This document shows positions 49,564 to 59,626 of a DNA stretch of 64,000 bases, one piece after another. The notes under the pieces were generated by a model. It made no database searches and was not told where the DNA came from. It saw only the letters and a program-made list of their open reading frames with translations. The stretch lies in the NCBI GenBank assembly GCA_964464035.1, contig CAYXEN010000006.1:649-64648 (forward strand), given 5' to 3'. The position numbers and the translations under genes are program-made. Every line of letters starts with the position of its first letter. Within the stretch, counting starts at the first letter, position 1. This DNA is from an uncultured bacterium. GTDB taxonomy: Bacteria > Krumholzibacteriota > Krumholzibacteriia > WVZY01.

Positions 49564-50601
49564 ATGGATTTCTATGAAAAAATATGCGTGACGGGAGGAG
49601 CCGGTTTCATCGGCTCCAATTTCGTTCATTACATATCGCGCAAGTATCCCCGATGCAGGATCACCGTTCTCGACGCTCTCACGTATGCCGGGAACCTCGA
49701 GAATCTCTCGGGCGTTCTCGATCGGCCTGAAGTCGAGTTCGTGAAAGGCTCGGTCTGCGACGCCGAACTGGTGGGGAAAACGCTCTCGGGATGCGAGGCG
49801 GTTTTCAACTTCGCCGCCGAGACCCACGTGGATCGCTCGATCCAGGAGGCGGGAAGCTTCATAGAGACGGACGTTCTCGGCACCTACAACCTGCTCCGCG
49901 CGGCGCTTGACGCGGGAGTCGAGCGGTTCATCCAGATATCCACCGACGAAGTCTACGGCAGCGCCGACGCCGGGTCTTTCACTGAAGAATCGCCCCTGCG
50001 GCCGGGCAACCCGTATTCGGCGAGCAAGTGCGGCGGGGATCTCATGTGCCTCGCCTTCCACAACACGTACCGGGCTCCCGTCGTCATCACCAGGAGCTCG
50101 AACAATTTCGGACCCTACCAGCACGTCGAGAAATTCATCCCCCTGTTCATAACGAACGCCGTGGAGGGCAAGGATCTTCCCCTCTACGGCGACGGCATGC
50201 ACGAACGCGACTGGATCCACGTCGAGGACAATTGCCGCGCGATCGAGACGGTCGCGTTGCAGGGAGAGGTCGGAACCGTCTACAACGTCGCGTCCGGGTC
50301 GACCAGGCCGAATCTCGAAGTGGCCCGCCTGATTCTTGGACGCGTAGGGGAAACGAAGTCCAAAATAGTCTTCATCGAGGATCGCAAAGGGCACGACAGG
50401 ATCTACTCGATCGATTCTTCGCGCATGAGGAAACTGGGCTGGAAACCGGAGCGCGACTTCGAAGAAGCGCTGCGCTCCACGGTGGATTGGTATCTGGCCA
50501 ACCGCGGGTGGTGGGAGCGGGTGCGGAGCGGCGCCTTCCGCGAGTATTACGAGACTCATTACCGCGACAAGCTCGAGAGAGGCAAGGCCTATGACGCATA
50601 G
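49564..50601 (+). CDS. rfbB: dTDP-glucose 4,6-dehydratase
   Basis: GGAGFIG, LTYAGN, AAETHVDRS, STDEVYG, YSASK, NNFGPYQ, RKGHD. Confidence 0.92.
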   Translation: MDFYEKICVTGGAGFIGSNFVHYISRKYPRCRITVLDALTYAGNLENLSGVLDRPEVEFVKGSVCDAELVGKTLSGCEAVFNFAAETHVDRSIQEAGSFIETDVLGTYNLLRAALDAGVERFIQISTDEVYGSADAGSFTEESPLRPGNPYSASKCGGDLMCLAFHNTYRAPVVITRSSNNFGPYQHVEKFIPLFITNAVEGKDLPLYGDGMHERDWIHVEDNCRAIETVALQGEVGTVYNVASGSTRPNLEVARLILGRVGETKSKIVFIEDRKGHDRIYSIDSSRMRKLGWKPERDFEEALRSTVDWYLANRGWWERVRSGAFREYYETHYRDKLERGKAYDA

Positions 50602-51694
50602 AATAATGGCCGTGGTAGGCGCAAGGCCCAACTTCATGAAGGTGGCGCCCATTTGGAGGGAGCTGGAGCGCAAAGGGGGCTTCACGGGGATCCTCGTTCA
50701 CACCGGGCAGCACTACGACGAGAACATGTCGAAGGTGTTCTTCGACCAGTTGAAACTCCCCAAGCCGGACATATATCTGGGAGTGGGCTCGGGCACGCAC
50801 GGTGCCCAGACGGGCCGGATAATGATCGAGTTCGAAAAAGCCCTCGCGAGGGAGGGAGCGGACCTCGTGCTCGTGGTCGGCGACGTCAACTCGACCATGG
50901 CGTGCAGCCTGGTGGCCGTCAAGATGTCCATACCCGTGGCCCACGTCGAAGCCGGCCTTCGCAGTTTCGACAGGTCGATGCCCGAAGAGATAAACCGCAT
51001 GGTCACGGACATCGTAGCCGACCTCCTCTTTACCACCTGCCGGGACGCGGAGAAGAACCTCCTTCGCGAAAACGTCGACCCCGCCAAGATTCATTTCGTG
51101 GGGAACGTCATGATCGACAGCCTCATGTACTACAGCTCCATGGCCGACAGCTCTCCCATTCTCGATGAACTCTCGCTCACCGGGGGCGAGTTCGGCCTCG
51201 TCACGCTGCATCGGCCCTCCAACGTCGATCACCCCGAAACGTTCGAGCGTATCGTCGAAGCCTTGCTCGCCATCGGCGAGAAGTGCCGGCTGGTTTTCCC
51301 CGTGCACCCGCGAACGAGGAAGATGATGGAAAGGGAAGGAATGAAGATTCCCGAATCGAGGATGAAGATGATCGATCCGGTGGGCTATCTCGATTTCCTC
51401 AAGTTGATGAAACACGCCCGTATCGTCTTGACCGATTCCGGGGGTATACAGGAGGAGACGACGGTTCTCGGCGTGCCGTGCATAACTATTCGGGAGAACA
51501 CGGAACGCCCGATCACGATCGAGGTGGGAACCAACGTGCTCGCGGGTACGGACAAGGAGAGGATCATGGCCGAGGGATTGAAGGCGCTTTCCGGTGATGC
51601 GGGCGATCACGCGGTGCCCGAACTCTGGGACGGCCGGGCGTCGGAGAGGATAGTCGGGGTTCTCGAAAATTATTTCAATGAAACAAAACGGTGA
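50591..51694 (+). CDS. wecB: UDP-N-acetylglucosamine 2-epimerase (non-hydrolysing)
   Basis: GARPNFMK, HTGQHYD, GDVNST, HVEAGLRS, MPEEINR, TLHRPSNVD, TDSGGIQEE. Confidence 0.94.
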   Translation: MTHRIMAVVGARPNFMKVAPIWRELERKGGFTGILVHTGQHYDENMSKVFFDQLKLPKPDIYLGVGSGTHGAQTGRIMIEFEKALAREGADLVLVVGDVNSTMACSLVAVKMSIPVAHVEAGLRSFDRSMPEEINRMVTDIVADLLFTTCRDAEKNLLRENVDPAKIHFVGNVMIDSLMYYSSMADSSPILDELSLTGGEFGLVTLHRPSNVDHPETFERIVEALLAIGEKCRLVFPVHPRTRKMMEREGMKIPESRMKMIDPVGYLDFLKLMKHARIVLTDSGGIQEETTVLGVPCITIRENTERPITIEVGTNVLAGTDKERIMAEGLKALSGDAGDHAVPELWDGRASERIVGVLENYFNETKR

Positions 51695-53180
51695 GTCGTG
51701 GGCCTATCTTGAGACGTCCCTGGAGAAGAGCCTTCTCTGGAGCCTGGCAACGACCGTCCTCCCGGTCACGTCGGCGTTCATCACCTCTTGGATCATAGCG
51801 AGGTTCGCGGGGGCGGAAGCGGTGGGAACCGTTTCCTGGGTGATGGCTTTCGCGACTGTTTGCCTCATCCCGGGCAAGTTCGGCATCGGAATCGCCGCTT
51901 CCCGCATCGCCAGCGAATACGGCGTTTCCTCGCCGGGGATGCTCAGGAGACTTCTCGCCGCCGGAGTGCAACTCCGCTCCGCTTTCACTCTTCCCATAGC
52001 GGTCGCAAGCTTCTTCCTCGCTCGCAGGATAGCGGAGGCGATCGGTGACGGCGGACTCGCCGGGCCCGTGCGCGTCGGAGCACTGGTTATCACCTGTGCA
52101 AGCGCGTACGAGTTTTGCGAGCATTTCCTCGTCGGCTTGAATCGCATCGCCACCGTCACCAGGATCAGGGCCGCCTACCACGTCATGCGCGTTCTGGCGA
52201 CCGCTTTCGTGGTCGCCCTGGGCTTCGGCGCCTCTGCGATCCTGGGAGGGTATTGTTTCTCGTGGCTGGTGGTGATTGCGGTCTATGCTTTTCTGTTCTT
52301 GAAGTTCCTTCCGCCAACGCAAGGGGGGGCCGGCGAAGACATAAGGCGAAGACTGATGAGACTCGGAGTCCCCTTGGCGATAAGCGGCGCCTCCGTCGCT
52401 CTCTATTCCCAGATGGACAAACTCATGCTCGGCTATTTCGGGGATATGGCCGACGTAGGACAGTACACGGTGGCCAGGAACATAACCGAAGTCTCCCTCT
52501 TCCCGGTGTATGCCTTGATCATGGCGCTTCGCCCCGCTTTGGCTTCGCGGTTCGCCGCGGGAAAACTGCAGGAGTGCTCGGAAATGATCCAGAAAACGGC
52601 CTTCATGGCAGTTCTTTCCGGCGTGTTTTTCACCACTCTCTTCCTGATTTTCGGCAAGGAGTTGGTCGTTCTCGTGTTTTCGGACGCTTTCTCGAGAGCG
52701 GGCGCGCTGATGTTGTTGTTCACTTGGGTGATAGCGATGCGTTCCCTGGGCGCCGTCATCCTCCCCTCTCTCGTCGCGGCGGAAAGAACGAGAGCCTACG
52801 CGGGACTCACTCTCGCGTCCGCCGGGCTCAACTTCTTGCTCAATATCATACTTATCCCTCCCTATGGCGTGCGGGGCGCCGTCACGGCGACGCTGGCGTC
52901 GTATGGTTTTCTCTTGCTTTTGGGTTTGTATATCGTCCTCAAGACGTTTAGCATCAAGCTGAATAAAGGCAAGTTGTTCCTGGCGGCGCGGGCTTCCGCC
53001 GCCGGCGCTCTCGCCGGATTCATCCTGCACGTGGCAGCTTCCGATTCTCACCCTCAGGCATCGGTCTTGCTGTGGGTTACGGGGTTGATTCTCCTCTACG
53101 GGATTCTGCTCTGGGCGTTCAGGGTCGTGCGGTCCGGTGACGTGCGCAGAGTGAAAAGCGCTTTAACGATCGACGATTAG
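51678..53180 (+). CDS. Wzx-type polysaccharide flippase
   Basis: 12-14 transmembrane helices; DKLMLGYF...VGQY pattern; cluster context. Confidence 0.82.
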   Translation: MKQNGESWAYLETSLEKSLLWSLATTVLPVTSAFITSWIIARFAGAEAVGTVSWVMAFATVCLIPGKFGIGIAASRIASEYGVSSPGMLRRLLAAGVQLRSAFTLPIAVASFFLARRIAEAIGDGGLAGPVRVGALVITCASAYEFCEHFLVGLNRIATVTRIRAAYHVMRVLATAFVVALGFGASAILGGYCFSWLVVIAVYAFLFLKFLPPTQGGAGEDIRRRLMRLGVPLAISGASVALYSQMDKLMLGYFGDMADVGQYTVARNITEVSLFPVYALIMALRPALASRFAAGKLQECSEMIQKTAFMAVLSGVFFTTLFLIFGKELVVLVFSDAFSRAGALMLLFTWVIAMRSLGAVILPSLVAAERTRAYAGLTLASAGLNFLLNIILIPPYGVRGAVTATLASYGFLLLLGLYIVLKTFSIKLNKGKLFLAARASAAGALAGFILHVAASDSHPQASVLLWVTGLILLYGILLWAFRVVRSGDVRRVKSALTIDD

Positions 53181-53247
53181 GGAGTTTATGTCTTGACACC
53201 CCGGCTTCTTAATGCATATTGTCCTGCTTTAGGAAGGAGAGAATGAG

Positions 53248-54285
53248 TTGGTTCTTACGCACTTGATCATTCCCTTTGTGACGTCATACTTCATCATTCT
53301 CGCGGTGGTGCCTCTCGTGCGCAGGTACGCCTTGAGATGGAAGCTGGGGGACAAGCCCAACGGCAGGAAGATCCACGCCAGCTCCATTCCTCATCTCGGG
53401 GGGATAGGGCTGACTTGCGGCGTGCTGGGGGGGCTGCTCGTTCACGAGATTCTGTATCCCGGTTCGCCGGTGGGCTTGGTGAAGATGTTTCCCGGCATGG
53501 GTGTGATCGTTCTCCTGGGCCTGGTGGACGACATCAAGAATCTCAGGGCATTGCAGAAACTCTCCGTCCAACTCATAGCGGCTCTCGTCCTCGTGCTGTC
53601 GGGCTACCAGCTCCTCGTCGGGGTGGGGGCGGTAGACGGCGTCCCCGTGCTCGCGGCTCTCGTTACGATGTTCTTCATCGTCGGCGTCTCGAATTCGATG
53701 AACCTCATAGACGGCCACGACGGCCTGGCGGCCGGGATCTGTCTCATCGCGGCGTCGGCTTTCTTCCTCATGGCCGCGGGCGAGGGCCAGGGCGCGGTCA
53801 TGGTGACTGCAGTGGTCCTGGCCGGCGCGTGCCTCGCCTTTCTCATCTTCAATTTCCCTCCGGCGAAGATATTCATGGGAGACACGGGCAGCATGTTCCT
53901 GGGCATCTCCCTGGCTGTAGCCGCCTGCATGTTGACGTCGAAGGAAGCTTCCCTGTCGAGGCTGGCCGGAATCGGTCTCGTGCTCGGCCTCCCGCTCATG
54001 GACACCACGCTGGCCGTTACGAGGAGAGTGCTGAGGCGGGTCCCGATTTTCCAGGCTGATTGCCTGCACATTCATCATGTTCTCTCTTCATCCGGTTTCT
54101 CCGATCGCGCCGCCTTGTTCATTCTATACGGCTTGCAGTTCGTTCTGGCCGTTTCCGGCGTGCTCGCAGCGAGGGGATATTCATTGTTCCTCGCCGTGGG
54201 CCTGGTCGTCCTGGGTGTTTCCTTCTCGATCTTCTTGAGACTCATGCTCGCCTCCGCCGAGTCCGCGAAAGTCATCCCCCATTGA
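53248..54285 (+). CDS. MraY/WecA-family undecaprenyl-phosphate GlcNAc-1-phosphate transferase
   Basis: DKPNGRKIH, PHLGG, GLVDD, NSMNLIDGHDGLA, FNFPPAKIFMGDTG, HIHH. Confidence 0.92.
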   Translation: MVLTHLIIPFVTSYFIILAVVPLVRRYALRWKLGDKPNGRKIHASSIPHLGGIGLTCGVLGGLLVHEILYPGSPVGLVKMFPGMGVIVLLGLVDDIKNLRALQKLSVQLIAALVLVLSGYQLLVGVGAVDGVPVLAALVTMFFIVGVSNSMNLIDGHDGLAAGICLIAASAFFLMAAGEGQGAVMVTAVVLAGACLAFLIFNFPPAKIFMGDTGSMFLGISLAVAACMLTSKEASLSRLAGIGLVLGLPLMDTTLAVTRRVLRRVPIFQADCLHIHHVLSSSGFSDRAALFILYGLQFVLAVSGVLAARGYSLFLAVGLVVLGVSFSIFLRLMLASAESAKVIPH

Positions 54286-54311
54286 CGTTGACGGATTCAG
54301 TGTGATAGATT
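54282..54311 (+). promoter_or_regulatory. Putative sigma70 promoter for the hemC-like gene
   Basis: TTGACG-N18-TAGATT with a TGn extended -10. Confidence 0.45.
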
Positions 54312-54374
54312 CTACGAACTAAATCTCCATTTCGAGACGACTCCTTTTTGAACTTCATTCGACGGAGATAACCC

Positions 54375-55298
54375 TTGACTACGAAAATCAAATGTCGCTT
54401 CAGAAGTGATTCCGATCATCTCTCCCGCATCCAGCTCGAAGAAGTCGTGAACTTGCTTGCGAAGCGCAGTCCCAAGACGGCCGTCGAAGTCTGCCGGCCC
54501 GAAGATGAAAACAAACAGGCCGGCGCCAGGACGAGCCCCAATTCGCCCGCCAGGATCGCAACATTGATGAGCAACCTGGAAGCGGGCAAGTTCGATGCGC
54601 TGGTCCTGCACGCTTCCTATCTTCCCGTGAAACTGCCCGCCGGAGTGGAACTCGCGGCGGTGACTTCCCGCCTCACCCCGTACGACGTCATAATCTCCCG
54701 CAACGAAGAGATCTTCGACGACCTCCCCCAGAACTCCAGTGTCATAGCCAACGAGATCAGGCGGGAAGCCCAACTGCTCTACTACAGGCCGGATCTCAAG
54801 ATGGTGAGGATGAAAGGCAGTGTGGACGCCTTGATTCAGAAGGTGAGAGACGGCAAGGTGGACGCGGTCATCCTGGCCGCGGCCGATGTCGAAAGGTTGA
54901 ACCGCCAGGACTACGTGACGGAAGTCTTCACGAACTCCATATGCGTGCCCGCGGCGGGGCAGGGGTGCCTCGCGGTCCTGGTCCGCTCGGGAGACGAGGC
55001 GCTCAAGAAAATGATGGCGGCCGTGAACGACCCGGCGTCGCTGAGCGAGATCACGGCCGAGAGGGCGTTTCTCAATTCACTTTCCCTGGGCGAATCCGAT
55101 CCGGTCGGCGTTCTGGGCAGTATCGAGGGCAAGAGGATCGAGCTGGAGGGCGTGTTGGCCCTCCCCGACGGCCGGGAGAAGATACGCTCCACCGTCAACG
55201 GCAGCCAGGGAAGGGAGGAGGAGTTGGGCGAGATGTTGGCGGAAGAGATTCTCGATGCGGGCGGCCGGGAGATTCTCCAGGAGTTGAACATCATTTGA
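54375..55298 (+). CDS. Hydroxymethylbilane synthase (HemC)-like protein, predicted catalytically inactive
   Basis: HemC scaffold (RREAQLLYYRPDL, DAVILAAA, VPAAGQG, AERAFL, LPDG) but VHSxKD replaced by VLHASY and GGC replaced by LGE. Confidence 0.85.
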   Translation: MTTKIKCRFRSDSDHLSRIQLEEVVNLLAKRSPKTAVEVCRPEDENKQAGARTSPNSPARIATLMSNLEAGKFDALVLHASYLPVKLPAGVELAAVTSRLTPYDVIISRNEEIFDDLPQNSSVIANEIRREAQLLYYRPDLKMVRMKGSVDALIQKVRDGKVDAVILAAADVERLNRQDYVTEVFTNSICVPAAGQGCLAVLVRSGDEALKKMMAAVNDPASLSEITAERAFLNSLSLGESDPVGVLGSIEGKRIELEGVLALPDGREKIRSTVNGSQGREEELGEMLAEEILDAGGREILQELNII

Positions 55299-55323
55299 CC
55301 TCCCTCTATTTTCCGGAAGAGCA

Positions 55324-56592
55324 ATGCTGGACAAGAGATTGATCAGAGAAGAGCCCGACAGGGTGAGGACGGCGATCGAGTCACGCGGCATGGACCTCGA
55401 TCTCGACCGCGTCATAGCTCTCGACAGGGAGCTCCTCGCGAGCATGCAGGAGAGCGAGAAGCTCAAGCACGAACGCAACGTCAAGAGCGAGGAGATCGCG
55501 AAGAAGAAGAGAGAGGGAGGGGACGCCGCCGAACTTCTCGAGCGCATGAAGGAAGTCTCCGCGCAGATCAAGGAACGCGAGGCCAGGGAGAAGGAGATGA
55601 GGGAGGAACTTGCCGCCTTGATGCTCACCATTCCCAATATCCCCCACGAAAGCGTCCCCGTCGGAGGCGGCTCGGATGACAACGTCGTGATACGCGAAGT
55701 GGGCGACGTTCCGGAGCCTTTCTTCGACGTCAAGCCTCACTGGGAGATCGGGGAGGAGCTCGGACTCATAGATTTCGAGGGCGGACGCAAAGTGGCCGGC
55801 AGGGGATTCATCGTTTTCAAGGGCGACGGCGCGCTCTTGTGCCGGGCCCTGGTGAATCTCATGCTCGACATGCACGTGACCCAGGGATACGTGGAGACCC
55901 TGGTGCCGTATCTCGCCAACCGCGAGGCGATGACCGGCACCGGGCAGCTTCCCAAGATGGAAGAGGACATGTATCACTGCGAGGTGGACGATCTCTTTCT
56001 CATTCCCACGAGCGAGGTGCCGCTCACGAATCTCTCGAGGGAATCCACGCTCGACCCCGACGAGCTCCCGCTCAAGTTCACCGCTTTCAGCCCCTGCTTC
56101 AGGAGGGAAGCGGGGAGCTACGGAGCCGATACGAGGGGGCTTCTTCGCGTGCATCAGTTCGACAAGGTGGAGCTCGTCAAGATCGCCCACCCCGACAACT
56201 CCTACGATGAACTGGAATCACTCGTGAAGGACGCCTGCGAGGTGATCGAAGCTCTGGAGTTGCCTTACCGGATCGTCGCCCTTTGCACCGGCGACCTCAG
56301 TTTCTCCGCCGCGAAATGCTACGACCTCGAAGTCTACGCTCCGGCGGTGGGGAAGTGGCTCGAGGTGTCCTCATGCAGCAATTTCGAAGCGTTCCAAGCG
56401 CGTCGCGCCGGCATCAAACTCAAGAAGAGCCCCGGATCGAAGCATCGTTTTGCGCACACGTTGAACGGCTCGGGCCTGGCGCTGCCGAGGATAGTGGCCG
56501 CCATCTTCGAATTTCACCAGACTCCGACGGGCAGGATCAAGATCCCGGCCAAATTGGTGCCGTACATGAACGGCAAGGAACATCTCGGTTGA
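55324..56592 (+). CDS. serS: Seryl-tRNA synthetase
   Basis: MLD, IPNIPH, GTGQLPK, LIPTSEV, CFRREAGSYG, RVHQFDKVE, YDLE, EVSSCSN, TLNGSGLA. Confidence 0.97.
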   Translation: MLDKRLIREEPDRVRTAIESRGMDLDLDRVIALDRELLASMQESEKLKHERNVKSEEIAKKKREGGDAAELLERMKEVSAQIKEREAREKEMREELAALMLTIPNIPHESVPVGGGSDDNVVIREVGDVPEPFFDVKPHWEIGEELGLIDFEGGRKVAGRGFIVFKGDGALLCRALVNLMLDMHVTQGYVETLVPYLANREAMTGTGQLPKMEEDMYHCEVDDLFLIPTSEVPLTNLSRESTLDPDELPLKFTAFSPCFRREAGSYGADTRGLLRVHQFDKVELVKIAHPDNSYDELESLVKDACEVIEALELPYRIVALCTGDLSFSAAKCYDLEVYAPAVGKWLEVSSCSNFEAFQARRAGIKLKKSPGSKHRFAHTLNGSGLALPRIVAAIFEFHQTPTGRIKIPAKLVPYMNGKEHLG

Positions 56593-56611
56593 TCCGCCCG
56601 CCCCAATACCG

Positions 56612-57862
56612 ATGACGTCTTTCTCTGTCTACAAGGGCAATATCAGGTTCTGGCTCAAGGGCTACCTGTTTCTCGGCGTCGTCGTGCTGACCACCATCGC
56701 CCTTCTCTACTCCAACCGGGTCATAGAGCGCATGCAGAAGCAATCCGAAGCGACCACGCGATTGTTCTCGCGTTTCATCGCCGAGATGCTTCTCCAGGTG
56801 GACCAATCGGGCAAGCGGGCCGTCATCCAGGAGGTTCTTGGCGAGATCGATCTGCCGATCATTTTCACGGATTCGGCGGGAAGGCCGATAGCCTGGCACC
56901 ACGTGGGCGTCGCCGAGCCGAGCGACGAGGATTTCGAGCAATTGCTGAGGATCGACCCGGAGGCGCCTCCCCCCGGGAAAATAGCGCGGCTCGTGAAACT
57001 GACGCGCAAGTTCGATTCCAGGAACGATCCCATACCCGTCAAGGTCGTCGGTTCCGATGCCGTGCAGGGTTACGTGCACTTCGGTTCCTCCAGACTTCAA
57101 GGCGAGCTTAGGTTGATGCCGTTGTTGCTCGTCGCCGTTTTCCTGATCTTCATGGCCGCGGGCTTCCAGGGTTTCCGCTACTTGAAGCTGAGCGAGGAAC
57201 GATCCATCTGGGTCGGGATGGCCAAGGAGACGGCCCACCAGCTCGGAACGCCCCTTTCGGCGCTGCTCGGATGGATCGAGATCATCAAGGAAAAGTGCGG
57301 GGCCGGAGACGTGGACAGGATCGCGGGCACGGTCGCGGAGATGGAAGAAGACCTGGCGAGGCTGGGCAAGATAACGGAGCGTTTCAGCAAGATAGGTTCG
57401 CGCCCCGAGCTCGAGCCCATAGCTCTGAAGCCCATTCTCGAGAGAACGGTCGGTTATTTTCACAAACGCCTGCCCAGCCTCAAGGCCGATTCCACCATCC
57501 GGCTCGAGGTGGCGGACGATCTCCGGGTCATGGGGAACGCCGAGCTGCTCGAGTGGGTTTTCGAGAACCTCGTAAAGAACAGCATAGACGCCATCGGCCG
57601 GGAAGGTGGACTGATAGAGATAAGCTCACGCGCCGGGGCGCGCAGGGCGGACGTTCTCGTGCACGACACCGGCAAGGGAATCCCGCCGAAGCACCGCCAG
57701 AGGATATTCTCCCCGGGGTTCACGACGAAGAAGAGGGGATGGGGGCTGGGTCTGGCGTTGACGCGCCGGATCGTCGAGGAGTACCACGGCGGCGAACTGC
57801 GGCTCGTGGAATCACAAGAGGGCGGTGGGACCACTTTCCTGGTGAGATTGCCCTTGGCCTGA
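56612..57862 (+). CDS. Membrane-bound sensor histidine kinase
   Basis: Two transmembrane helices; ETAHQLGTP H-box, NLVKNSIDA, DTGKGI, GFTTK, GWGLGL. Confidence 0.92.
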   Translation: MTSFSVYKGNIRFWLKGYLFLGVVVLTTIALLYSNRVIERMQKQSEATTRLFSRFIAEMLLQVDQSGKRAVIQEVLGEIDLPIIFTDSAGRPIAWHHVGVAEPSDEDFEQLLRIDPEAPPPGKIARLVKLTRKFDSRNDPIPVKVVGSDAVQGYVHFGSSRLQGELRLMPLLLVAVFLIFMAAGFQGFRYLKLSEERSIWVGMAKETAHQLGTPLSALLGWIEIIKEKCGAGDVDRIAGTVAEMEEDLARLGKITERFSKIGSRPELEPIALKPILERTVGYFHKRLPSLKADSTIRLEVADDLRVMGNAELLEWVFENLVKNSIDAIGREGGLIEISSRAGARRADVLVHDTGKGIPPKHRQRIFSPGFTTKKRGWGLGLALTRRIVEEYHGGELRLVESQEGGGTTFLVRLPLA

Positions 57863-58075
57863 CGCCACCCGCCCGGCGGTGAATCCACCTGTGACGCCGA
57901 GCCCTCGCCTCGATCCACCGCGGCCCGTCGGGCCGGACAGAATCCGCTGTAATTATCGTGCTGCACCGTTTATATTTGGAAACGCAGCCACAGGGTGGCG
58001 CCGCTGGCCGGCATTGCATCCGGCTTCAGCGCATTGGGTTACCCGGGCATGAAACGAAACCGGAAGGCTCGAGGC

Positions 58076-59623
58076 ATGCAGCCAAGGATTCTTTGGGTCG
58101 ACGACGAAATAGAACTCCTCAAGTCCCATGTCATCTTCCTGGCCGGCAAGGGATACGACGTGAAGACCGCCTCCAACGGCGAAGACGCCCTTGCCATGGT
58201 CAAGAAGGAAAGATTCGATCTGATTCTCCTCGATGAATCCATGCCGGGAAAGAGCGGCCTCGAAACGCTCGACGAACTCAACGCCATAGAGCCGATGCTT
58301 CCCGTAATAATGATAACGAAGAACGAAGAAGAGAGCCTGATGGAAGACGCCATCGGCAAGAAGATAAGCGACTACCTGCTCAAGCCCGTCAATCCCCTTC
58401 AGATATACTCGGCCTGCAAGCGCCTGCTAGAATCGGACAAGATCCGCGAGCGCAAGTTTTCCGAGGATTATATAAGGGAATTCAATTCATTCGACGACCT
58501 CGTGCACGATGGCACCTGGGAAAGCTGGCTCAAGCTCCACCGCAGGTTCTCGGAGTGGGACCTCGAATTCGATCGCTTCCGCGAAACGGGGCTCGAGACC
58601 ATGCACGACGAACAGAAGAGCACGGCCAACTATCATTTCGGGCGCTTCCTCGAGAAGCAGTACCCCGAGTGGATAAACTCCCGGGAACGGCCTCGCATGA
58701 GCGTGGATGTTTTCGAGCAGTACGTGTTCCCCCACATGAAGTCGCAAGGAAGCGTCTTTTTCATCGTCATCGATTGCGTGCGCCTCGACCAGTGGATGAT
58801 CATAGAAGAACTTCTCAAGGATGAATTCGAGATCGAGAAGAATTACTACCTGTCCATTCTTCCCACGGCCACTCCTTATTCGCGCAACGCGATCTTCAGC
58901 GGGCTCTTTCCGGACGAGATCAGCAGGAAGTATCCCGAGAAGTGGCTGGAAAGAAGCAAGGACGAGATGAGCAAGAACCGATACGAAGAATTCTTCCTCG
59001 CCGAGCAGATCAAGCGGCTCGGGGGGGATGCATCGAGAACCAAGTACTTCAAGGTCTACACGGTCCAGGAGTCCAACGAGCTTCGCAAGAAGGTACCCGC
59101 GCTCGCGTCGCTGCCTTTCGCCGCTTTCGTTTTCAACTTCGTGGACATCCTCGCCCACGGGAGGAACCAATCCGAGATCCTGCAGGAGATAGCGCCCGAC
59201 GAATCGGCGTTCAGGTCCCTCATGCGCTCCTGGTTCAGCCACTCCACGTTGCTCGCCCTTTTGAGGGAGATCGCAAAGAAGAACGCCAGGGTGATAATGA
59301 CCACCGATCACGGCTCGATAATCGGACGCAAATCGTGCCTGGTCCACGGCAGGAGGGATACGTCGACGAATCTCCGCTACAAGTTCGGCGACAACCTCAA
59401 TTGCGACGCCAAGCAGGCCATAATCACGAGGAATCCGGCGGATTTCCGCCTTCCCTCGGAATCGAAGACCAAGACTTACGTTTTCGCCAAGGAATATTAT
59501 TACTTCGTCTACCCGACCAATTTCCGGGACTACGAAAGACAATACCTGGGGAGTTTCCAGCACGGCGGCGCGTCGCTCGAAGAGATGATCCTCCCCTGCC
59601 TCAGCCTGACCCCCAAGACCTGA
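58076..59623 (+). CDS. porX: PorX-family response regulator (REC plus PglZ/alkaline-phosphatase domain)
   Basis: ILWVDDE, LLDESMPG, ITK, KPVNP; IDCVRLDQW, LPTATPYSRN, FVDILAH, TDHG, QHGG. Confidence 0.85.
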   Translation: MQPRILWVDDEIELLKSHVIFLAGKGYDVKTASNGEDALAMVKKERFDLILLDESMPGKSGLETLDELNAIEPMLPVIMITKNEEESLMEDAIGKKISDYLLKPVNPLQIYSACKRLLESDKIRERKFSEDYIREFNSFDDLVHDGTWESWLKLHRRFSEWDLEFDRFRETGLETMHDEQKSTANYHFGRFLEKQYPEWINSRERPRMSVDVFEQYVFPHMKSQGSVFFIVIDCVRLDQWMIIEELLKDEFEIEKNYYLSILPTATPYSRNAIFSGLFPDEISRKYPEKWLERSKDEMSKNRYEEFFLAEQIKRLGGDASRTKYFKVYTVQESNELRKKVPALASLPFAAFVFNFVDILAHGRNQSEILQEIAPDESAFRSLMRSWFSHSTLLALLREIAKKNARVIMTTDHGSIIGRKSCLVHGRRDTSTNLRYKFGDNLNCDAKQAIITRNPADFRLPSESKTKTYVFAKEYYYFVYPTNFRDYERQYLGSFQHGGASLEEMILPCLSLTPKT

Positions 59624-59626
59624 GCC

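Noticed and set aside
48445-50685. 746-aa minus-strand ORF
   Set aside because: Antisense shadow of ugd, rfbB and wecB with no recognisable motif; long shadow ORFs are expected at high GC.
53243-53266. Tiny ATG ORF (MSWFLRT) overlapping the WecA-like start
   Set aside because: SD spacing favours TTG 53248; no evidence of function.
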